From the NCBI RefSeq assembly GCF_000016745.1, contig NC_009483.1, positions 4,410,001 through 4,442,000 of the forward strand: a stretch of 32,000 bases of DNA. Reading direction: 5' to 3'. The position numbers and the translations under genes are program-made. The DNA comes from Geotalea uraniireducens Rf4. GTDB taxonomy: Bacteria; Desulfobacterota; Desulfuromonadia; Geobacterales; Geobacteraceae. The notes beneath the pieces are model-generated. The model saw nothing but the letters and a program-made list of their open reading frames with translations, had not been told where the DNA came from and searched no databases. Positions 22,128 to 28,489 of this stretch are shown here, piece after piece. The first letter of the stretch is position 1. Each line of letters opens with the position of its first letter.

Positions 22128-24116
22128 TCAATCCGGGAACTGGGAACTGGGAACTGGGTTTTTACCGATCCCCGACCCCAGATCCCCGTTCACTGACTTC
22201 AGCAGCTTTGCGGCAAACTCCGGATTCAGCGACTTAAGGATTACATATTGGTCGGTGGCCTTCTGCGTCTCCTTGCTCGCCGCATAGGCCAAGCCCAGAT
22301 TATAGTGGGCCTCGCTCAGGCGTGGATTCATGGCAATGGATTTTTCATAATTATCTATGGAGTCAGCAAGCTGTCCCATGGAATCATAGGCCAATCCAAG
22401 GTTGTTATAGCCGAGGGCAAACCATTCGTTCTGGTATGCGGCGTTCATGCCCATGCTCGCATCAAACAACTCATAGGTCGGGCTGTAACGGCCGGCATAG
22501 GTCCCGAGCTGGCCAAGCGCTATGCCGATATTGTTCCACGCATCGGGATGCCCCGGAGAAATGCCTATGGAGCGGATCAACGCAGGTATCGCCTTTTTCG
22601 GCTGATGCTTCTTCAAATAGGCATAGGCCAGGTTGTTCCACGGCCGCGACTTGTCGGGGGACTTTGCCGCCACATCCTGCCAGAGGGTCGTCTCGTCCTG
22701 CCAGACCATGTTGCGCCTGAAGGTTGCCGTTGCAAGGGAGACGGCGACCAGCAGCAGGGCGATGAATGCTATTCCGGCAATCTGTGGCCTCCGCACAGCC
22801 AATCGGTCCACCGCCAGCACCACGGCCGTTGACAGCGCCATGAAAAATCCGATCGACGGCAGGTAGACCCTGTGCTCGAAGATAACGTCAACGATCGGGA
22901 TGACGCTCGACTCAACCGCCAGGGCGATGAAAAACCAGAAAATGCCGAAGGCTGTGAGGCGGTAAACGGCGGTCGGCGGTCGGTGGTCGGTGGTCGATGG
23001 TTGATGGTAAAAGGCGGTCGGAGGTCGGTGGTCGGTGGTCGATGGTGAACTATCCAACGTAGAACGTAGAACGTAGAACGTAGAACGATAAACAAAATAA
23101 ATCCCCACGCCGAAGATCGCCAGCAGCAGCAGGAAAGAGAGGAACACAGGGGCATTGAAAAAGGAGTGGGCCACCGGAAAGTCATGGTCAAGGTTCTGCC
23201 CTACCGGGAAAAACAGCAGCCTGAGATAGGTGACGATCACCCGGAACTGGGTGAAGAGATAGTCAAGCCGTGGCATCTCCGTCTGGACCATGGTTGCCGC
23301 CTCCAGCCTCCCCAGGAGCTGTCCCGCCCCGGAGGAGCCGAGCATGCTCAAAGGGATGATGGCCAGGGTGAGGAGAAATGCACCGATGAACATGACCCGC
23401 TTGGCGATGCTCCCCCTGAAAAACATGAACTCGTAAAGAATCACCGTGAACGGCAGGGTAAAGGCGATCTCCTTGGTTTTCATGGCAAGGACCGCCGTTA
23501 AGAGCGACAGGAGATAGCAGGCTGCGGCAAACAGCTTTCCCCGCCGGCCGCCCCCCCCCTGCTCCAACCGCGCCATGATGTAGAGGACGAGGGAACCAAT
23601 GTAGAACATGGCTGCAAGTGAAGTGAAGCGCTGGACAATGTAGGTTACCGCCTGGGTCTGGAGCGGATGGGCAACGAAGAGGAGCGCCGCAAACAGCGCA
23701 ATCGGTCCGCTGAAGCGCCCCCTCTCCCCCTCTTCCGCCGGAGCGAGCAACGGGGTCCTGAAAGTGAGGGTCACCAGGGTATAGACAAGGAGGGCGGTCG
23801 CAAGATGGATCGCCAGATTGACCAGATGATAGCCGAAGACATCGAGACCGTTCAGCCGGTAATTGACGGCAAAGGTGAAGTCCCCCACCGCCCGGCTCCC
23901 CTTGACGGCGAAGGGGTCGGCGAACGGATCCACGTTTCTCACGACCGGGTTGCCGAGGATGTTGGCAATATCGTCGAAGTTGAAGGTGGCGGTGAAGGTG
24001 TTGGAGTAGGCCAGAAGCCCAAGGGAGATAACGAGGAGAAGATGAAGCACGGTCGCAAACCGCGTCCGCCGGTAAACAAAGTCACTGAATCTGCTTGTCA
24101 TGGATAGAGAGTTCAC
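22128..24116 (-). CDS. PMT/TMTC-like GT-C membrane glycosyltransferase with C-terminal TPR domain
   Basis: 'FNFDDIANILGNPVV' acidic loop after the first helix and 'EHRVYLPSIGF' match PMT_2/TMTC-type enzymes. C-terminal TPR-like repeats include 'WNNLAYAYLKKHQPKKAIPALIRSI', 'AWNNIGIALGQLG', 'YNNLGLAYDSMGQLADSIDNYEKSIAMNP' and 'AHYNLGLAYAAS'. GTG start at 24116 has AGGA about 7 nt upstream. Confidence 0.75.
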   Translation of the reverse strand: MNSLSMTSRFSDFVYRRTRFATVLHLLLVISLGLLAYSNTFTATFNFDDIANILGNPVVRNVDPFADPFAVKGSRAVGDFTFAVNYRLNGLDVFGYHLVNLAIHLATALLVYTLVTLTFRTPLLAPAEEGERGRFSGPIALFAALLFVAHPLQTQAVTYIVQRFTSLAAMFYIGSLVLYIMARLEQGGGGRRGKLFAAACYLLSLLTAVLAMKTKEIAFTLPFTVILYEFMFFRGSIAKRVMFIGAFLLTLAIIPLSMLGSSGAGQLLGRLEAATMVQTEMPRLDYLFTQFRVIVTYLRLLFFPVGQNLDHDFPVAHSFFNAPVFLSFLLLLAIFGVGIYFVYRSTFYVLRSTLDSSPSTTDHRPPTAFYHQPSTTDHRPPTAVYRLTAFGIFWFFIALAVESSVIPIVDVIFEHRVYLPSIGFFMALSTAVVLAVDRLAVRRPQIAGIAFIALLLVAVSLATATFRRNMVWQDETTLWQDVAAKSPDKSRPWNNLAYAYLKKHQPKKAIPALIRSIGISPGHPDAWNNIGIALGQLGTYAGRYSPTYELFDASMGMNAAYQNEWFALGYNNLGLAYDSMGQLADSIDNYEKSIAMNPRLSEAHYNLGLAYAASKETQKATDQYVILKSLNPEFAAKLLKSVNGDLGSGIGKNPVPSSQFPD
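22134..22202. repeat. Composite element copy 2: (CTGGGAA)x3.6 + conserved 31-nt core
   Basis: Units at 22134-22158. Core 'taccgatccccgaccccagatccccgttcac' at 22163-22193 matches copy 1 at 28 of 31 positions by hand alignment. The flanking 'cttcag' is also shared. Here the GT-C/TPR ORF reads through the whole element. Confidence 0.9.
22968..23089. repeat. Intragenic heptanucleotide arrays: two blocks of GGCGGTC/GGTGGTC/GATGGTN units, then (GAACGTA)x4-5
   Basis: Block 1 at 22968-23009 (6 units), 'aaa', block 2 at 23013-23047 (5 units), 'aactatc', then caacgta + gaacgta x3 + gaacgat (23055-23089). Encodes '...STFYVLRSTLDSSPSTTDHRPPTAFYHQPSTTDHRPPTAVY...'. Confidence 0.95.
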
Positions 24117-24219
24117 CCGGAAATCCTGTCAGAATTGAAGGTAATGATCATTTGAAAATAGCAAAAAACTATTTTTGCCACGAATAACACGAAAAGCATC
24201 TAATGTATAGGCCCTTTTT

Positions 24220-24372
24220 GGCGGTCGGCGGTCGGCGGTCGGCGGTCGGAAGTCAACCCATAGGACTACAGTCGGCGGTCGGCGGTCGGAAGTCAACCCA
24301 TCGACCATCGACCATCGACCATCGACCATCGACCACCGACCACCGACCACCGACCACCGACCGCCGACCGCC
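24220..24372. repeat. 153-nt composite heptamer palindrome: (GGCGGTC)x4 ... (GGCGGTC)x2 ... (TCGACCA)x5 (CCGACCA)x3 (CCGACCG)x2
   Basis: Units mapped by hand. 'ggcggtcggcggtcggaagtcaaccca' is directly repeated (24234-24260 and 24274-24300). 24357-24372 is the exact reverse complement of 'ggcggtcggcggtcgg', which occurs in several registers in the left arm. Starts 2 nt after the GT2 stop. Confidence 0.97.
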
Positions 24373-24374
24373 TC

Positions 24375-25388
24375 TCATCTATCCAGCAATTCCTTGAAAG
24401 ACATCCGGTATCGCTGCAACAGGCGGGCCATCTCCCTGCCTGAGATTCTCCTCTTTTCCATCACCAGCGCCCGTTTTTTCAGCATGGCCGGCGCACCGCA
24501 CAGTGCGTCCCTGGTCCCTTTGGCGATCGCCTTGAGCAGGGCATTGCGGGAGCCGCTTGCAAGGAATTCCCCACCGGAGCCGCTGGCGAAAATGACCGCC
24601 CGCGCCTGCTCCAGGTAGCGGACCAGGGTGAAAAACGGAACCAGCAGCAGCATAGCGAGGGGAAAGCACTTCAACGCCACCCAGTAATGGTTACGTTCCA
24701 CCAGATAGAGCTTGAACGGCGAAAAGACCCCGCCGGTCCTGGAATACTTGTGATAGACCACCGCCTGCGTGGCGAGGAGCGCTTGCCACCCCGCCAGCCT
24801 GCACCTTAGCCCCAGGTCGGTATCCTCGGCATAGGCGAAAAAATCGTCGTCGAAGAAACCGGTCTCGTCCAGCATTGTCCGCCGGTAGAGGGCAACGCAG
24901 GCGCTGGGGAAGAGGATCTCCTCAACCTCTGCCATATTCATGGTTGAATAGCGCTTGAGGCGGAACCTCCCGCGGGACATGCCGTCGCGGCAGACGCCAT
25001 GGCCGAGGGAATCGATCCGGTCCGGCTCGTCAAATGAACAGATCCGGCTCCCCACCATCCCCACCCGCGGGTCGCTGTCCGCCACGGCAACAATGGTTGC
25101 CAGCCAGTTTTCATCAGCCCTGGTATCGTTGTTGAGGGCAACGATATACTCGCCCGAGGCATGGGTAAGGCCGACGTTGTTGCCGGTGGCAAAGCCGGTG
25201 TTTTCCTTGAGCTCGACGAGCTTCACCCAGGGGTAGCGCTCACGGAGAAACCCTACAGACCCGTCGGAAGAGCCGTTATCGACGATGATCACCTCGAAGT
25301 CCTGGAAGCTCTGGGCCGACAGGCTGTCCAGGCAGACAGCCAGGTGCTCCAGGCCGTTCCAGTTGACGATTATTATGGAGACTCTCAT
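24375..25388 (-). CDS. GT2-family glycosyltransferase (rhamnosyltransferase-like)
   Basis: 'VSIIIVNWNGLEHLAVCLDSL...FEVIIVDNGSSDGS...NTGFATGNNVG'. ATGA overlap with the upstream gene. Confidence 0.88.
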   Translation of the reverse strand: MRVSIIIVNWNGLEHLAVCLDSLSAQSFQDFEVIIVDNGSSDGSVGFLRERYPWVKLVELKENTGFATGNNVGLTHASGEYIVALNNDTRADENWLATIVAVADSDPRVGMVGSRICSFDEPDRIDSLGHGVCRDGMSRGRFRLKRYSTMNMAEVEEILFPSACVALYRRTMLDETGFFDDDFFAYAEDTDLGLRCRLAGWQALLATQAVVYHKYSRTGGVFSPFKLYLVERNHYWVALKCFPLAMLLLVPFFTLVRYLEQARAVIFASGSGGEFLASGSRNALLKAIAKGTRDALCGAPAMLKKRALVMEKRRISGREMARLLQRYRMSFKELLDR

Positions 25389-26548
25389 TCTTGACGCCCT
25401 GCCGACGTGTAAGCCCTTTCCAGGCGGTCGATCACCGCATCCAGACTGTAGTTCTCTTGAACAAAGGCGCGGCCATTCCTTGCCAGTCGCAACCCCAGAC
25501 CCTGGTCGGTCAGCAACAGAATTACCCCCTCAGCAAAAGTAGTCGGATCGTCGGCCACGAGGAGGTCACGTCCCGGAACCGCGTTGATCCCCTCATTGCC
25601 GTAAGTAGTTGTGACAACTGGCGTGCCTGCTGCCAAGGCATCAAGGATTTTGACGATTATGCCCCCTCCTGTCAGAATCGGCGCGACAAATACCTCCGCT
25701 TCCTTGTAGCACATGTCTATGTCATCCACAAAACCGGGCACCTCCACCAATGGGTCGTGCTCCGCAAGGGCCGTCAATTCTTCGGGGGGACCGTATCCGG
25801 CGATGATGAACCGTGCGTCAGGGATATGCCGCCTGACCAGCGGCAGGACCTCGCGATAGAAGTAGAGCGCCGCATCCACATTGAGCCGGCGATACTTGTA
25901 AGATGCGAGAAAAAGGATAGTATGGGGACGGCGGGGATACTCCTTCTCCGTGATGTCCATACCGGCAGGATGGGGAACAACCGTCACTCTCAACCCGGGT
26001 TGCATGGCAAGCAGATATTCCCGGTCGTTTTCGGAACGGGTGAAAATCGTGTGGCATTTTTTCATGATCCAGCGTTCAGCGTATTTGACCAATAGATAGA
26101 GGAGCAGGCCGGTAACCTTTCCAGCCCCCTTTGCCTGCCCCATCCCCCGCTCAACCGGCTTGGTCATCACATCATGGGCATCGAGAAACAGAGGCGTTTT
26201 GCCTCCCCTGATCAGGAGCGCGGCTGGGACCCATTCCACTTGGACCAGATCAAATGCCCCGTCCTCCACCAGCCGATTGGCATAACGACTGAATCCCAGG
26301 TAATTGAAAAGCAGCTTCACATTATGCGCCATGTTACGTTTCGCAACTGACGGATAGAAATAAGGATAGATTCCCCTGCAGTATGGTCTGAGTTCGTCAA
26401 GTGAGTCCCGTTCCCCCTCCTCGAGCCTGGTGGCCAGGTAAACCTCGTGGCGCAGCGAGAGATGCCTGATTATTTCGTACACATAACGTCCCCCGGCATG
26501 ATACGCCTTCTCCTGGGGGAGAAACAGGCTGACAATCAAAATCTTCAC
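25385..26548 (-). CDS. GT4-family glycosyltransferase
   Basis: GT-B C-terminal half ('FVAPILTGGGIIVKILDALAAGTPVVTT'). Start ambiguous: GTG 26548 (GTGA overlap with the upstream stop, VKILIVSLF...) or TTG 26569. Confidence 0.8.
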   Translation of the reverse strand: MKILIVSLFLPQEKAYHAGGRYVYEIIRHLSLRHEVYLATRLEEGERDSLDELRPYCRGIYPYFYPSVAKRNMAHNVKLLFNYLGFSRYANRLVEDGAFDLVQVEWVPAALLIRGGKTPLFLDAHDVMTKPVERGMGQAKGAGKVTGLLLYLLVKYAERWIMKKCHTIFTRSENDREYLLAMQPGLRVTVVPHPAGMDITEKEYPRRPHTILFLASYKYRRLNVDAALYFYREVLPLVRRHIPDARFIIAGYGPPEELTALAEHDPLVEVPGFVDDIDMCYKEAEVFVAPILTGGGIIVKILDALAAGTPVVTTTYGNEGINAVPGRDLLVADDPTTFAEGVILLLTDQGLGLRLARNGRAFVQENYSLDAVIDRLERAYTSAGRQE

Positions 26549-27576
26549 AGTTGGTGATTTCCTTTGCAATCGTCAAGCAACGCGAGATGAGAATGAAACA
26601 GTGCCATGATTCTGTCCGCAGTGATGGTGGAATTGTCAGCATCCGGGCGATAACTGCAGTAATCACCGGCAAGGGAAATAAGTTTCAGGCCAGTACCGAA
26701 GGTGCCGATCTCAGCCGCCGAAGTGGGCGCATAGAAGCTAAGATTTTTTGCCCCCTGCGCTATAGCCAGATGGAGCGCCAGACTATCGCTGGTGATAATG
26801 TAATCACAGCATTTGATTAAAGCAGCGAACTCAAGGAGCGAGTTGGAGCTTCCCGTGTCCATGAGCCGTTCAGACTTCACTGACTGACGGATCAAACGGT
26901 GCCGCTCTTCCTCTTCCGGGCCGCCGAAAAGATAGACCTTGGTTTTCTTCCCATTTACCTGCTGTGCCAGCAGCCTTTCTATCAATTTCACCGTCTCTGC
27001 AACGGGTAGTTGTTTTGATATCCATCGCTTACCTGCACCACTGTTGATGCCGATATTGCAGGATGAACGCGGGAACAGCCTCGCTGACCGCTCTTCGATA
27101 TCAGATGCATTGAAAAATTCCGCAGTCTCAATGGGAATGCCGAGCATATCGGCAAAAATCTCGTTGTGCTCCCGGCAATTTTCTCTCTTCAGGGCGTCTG
27201 CCCGTTCCTTGCCAAAACGTGAGATCAATCCCATATCGAACCACTCGGCTCCCTTATCGGTATAAACGGGTCGTCCTTCACACAGACTTGCGCCGATCAG
27301 CTGTGCATAACGTAGCCTCTGAAGCAGCCTCAGGATCTCCACCTCCTCATCCAGGGAAATGACGAGGTCAAAAGAAAGCGAGGTGGCGACTCCCTCCAGC
27401 TCAGCGGGAGTGATGATCCGGGAGATATGGGGATTGTAGCGCAGCAGGTCTACCGAAGAAGGGGCTGTCAGCCAGTAGATAACCGCTTTACCGTATTTGC
27501 GGCGCAGTCCGGGAAGGATGTATGATGTCCTTATGACATCACCGAGCGCGCCGAGCTTGACAATCAGAATGTTCAT
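26545..27576 (-). CDS. GT9-family glycosyltransferase (heptosyltransferase-like)
   Basis: 'MNILIVKLGALGDVIRTSYILPGL' GT9 N-terminal motif; 'ITSDSLALHLAIAQG' C-terminal motif. Confidence 0.82.
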   Translation of the reverse strand: MNILIVKLGALGDVIRTSYILPGLRRKYGKAVIYWLTAPSSVDLLRYNPHISRIITPAELEGVATSLSFDLVISLDEEVEILRLLQRLRYAQLIGASLCEGRPVYTDKGAEWFDMGLISRFGKERADALKRENCREHNEIFADMLGIPIETAEFFNASDIEERSARLFPRSSCNIGINSGAGKRWISKQLPVAETVKLIERLLAQQVNGKKTKVYLFGGPEEEERHRLIRQSVKSERLMDTGSSNSLLEFAALIKCCDYIITSDSLALHLAIAQGAKNLSFYAPTSAAEIGTFGTGLKLISLAGDYCSYRPDADNSTITADRIMALFHSHLALLDDCKGNHQL

Positions 27577-27595
27577 ATCTCATCCGAAAGTATTT

Positions 27596-28489
27596 TCATA
27601 GCCACTCGTACTCTTTGGCGATAAATTTCTTAAGATACACGGTTCTGGCTTTCTGCAGCACCGCCCTGCCAAAAAGCACGGCAATGATTTTTTGCAGCCA
27701 GAACAAGGTGAGGGTCTTGTAGTAGCTAAGCAAGAAGCCGGCGTGAAACCGGCTGACGGTCGGGAAATATGTGGCATTGATTTTCCTGCCTTCAGCCAAT
27801 GACTCCGTATAATTCATGCTCGTCAACCCGGTATCCCGGTAATTAACCAGGAACTCATCCAAGTGGACATACGCGACACCGTTATGTATCGAACGGAGCA
27901 GGAATTCATAATCGGCAGCAAACCTGTAGTTGAGGCTGTAGCTGCCGATCTGACGATAAATTTCCTTCGCCACGAACATGGCCTGATGGCACAGGGGCAT
28001 GCCAAGCCAGTAACGCATATGGGGATATGATTTGTATTTAAGGTGCAGGTCTTCCTGCAGCACATAATTATTGGTATAAAGTATGGAGGGAGAACCAGCA
28101 GCGCCATAACTATCGGCCACTCGTTGCAACGCGTTCAGCTCATAATAGTCATCCGCGTTCAACAACCCGATCAAGTCACCCCGGGCCAGGTCAATCCCTT
28201 TGTTCATGGCCTCATAAATGCCGTTATCCGCCTCACTGCGCCAGTAATCGATCCGAGCATCGTATTTTTTTATGATATCCAGCGTTCCATCGCTGGAGCC
28301 GCCATCGATGATCAGGTATTCGACGTTGCCGTAACTCTGGGTGAGGACGCTGAGGATGGTTTGTTCCAGGTATCTTTCGCCGTTAAGGACAGCGGTCACG
28401 ACCGTTATCAGCGGTTTATCGCCGCCGGAATCCTTGAAACAGCCTCTCGTCCTCAAGCCCCCTTCCATGGTTTGCATATTCACCATCAC
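27596..28489 (-). CDS. GT2-family glycosyltransferase
   Basis: 'ITVVTAVLNGERYLEQTILSVLTQSY...EYLIIDGGSSDGT...LLNADDYY'. Possible starts are GTG 28489, ATG 28486 and ATG 28477. Overlaps the upstream stop. Confidence 0.85.
   Translation of the reverse strand: MMVNMQTMEGGLRTRGCFKDSGGDKPLITVVTAVLNGERYLEQTILSVLTQSYGNVEYLIIDGGSSDGTLDIIKKYDARIDYWRSEADNGIYEAMNKGIDLARGDLIGLLNADDYYELNALQRVADSYGAAGSPSILYTNNYVLQEDLHLKYKSYPHMRYWLGMPLCHQAMFVAKEIYRQIGSYSLNYRFAADYEFLLRSIHNGVAYVHLDEFLVNYRDTGLTSMNYTESLAEGRKINATYFPTVSRFHAGFLLSYYKTLTLFWLQKIIAVLFGRAVLQKARTVYLKKFIAKEYEWL

Noticed and set aside
22769-23191. Alternative-frame ORF across the intragenic heptamer array (140 aa).
   Set aside because: It is open only because the repeat units lack stop codons. 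It is useful as evidence that frames are interchangeable there, but it is not an independent gene.
24160-24180. Sigma54-like TGGCA...TTGC on the minus strand upstream of the GT-C gene; also an AAAATAG/CTATTTT 7-bp hairpin.
   Set aside because: The GG-to-GC spacing is about 17 nt instead of the required 12, counted from the first G of each dinucleotide. The AT-only stem is too weak to call.
20976-24372. Could the repeat arrays be CRISPR arrays?
   Set aside because: The units are 7 nt and directly abutting, with no spacers. CRISPR repeats are about 24-48 nt, separated by unique spacers of similar length. No cas genes are present in the window.
24220-24372. Calling the large palindrome a Rho-independent terminator.
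   Set aside because: No U/T tract follows the stem on either strand. The coding strand continues AAAAAGGGCC.
24129-24397. Track ORFs 24129..24350 (-) and 24203..24397 (+), encoding 'GRWSMVDGRWSMVDG' and 'HRPSTIDHRPSTTDHRPPTTDRRPP'.
   Set aside because: Both are read straight out of the heptamer palindrome, which lacks stops in several frames. There is no SD, the peptides are low complexity, and both strands are 'coding' at once. The plus-strand peptide resembles the GT-C insertion only because the DNA is the inverted copy of that array.
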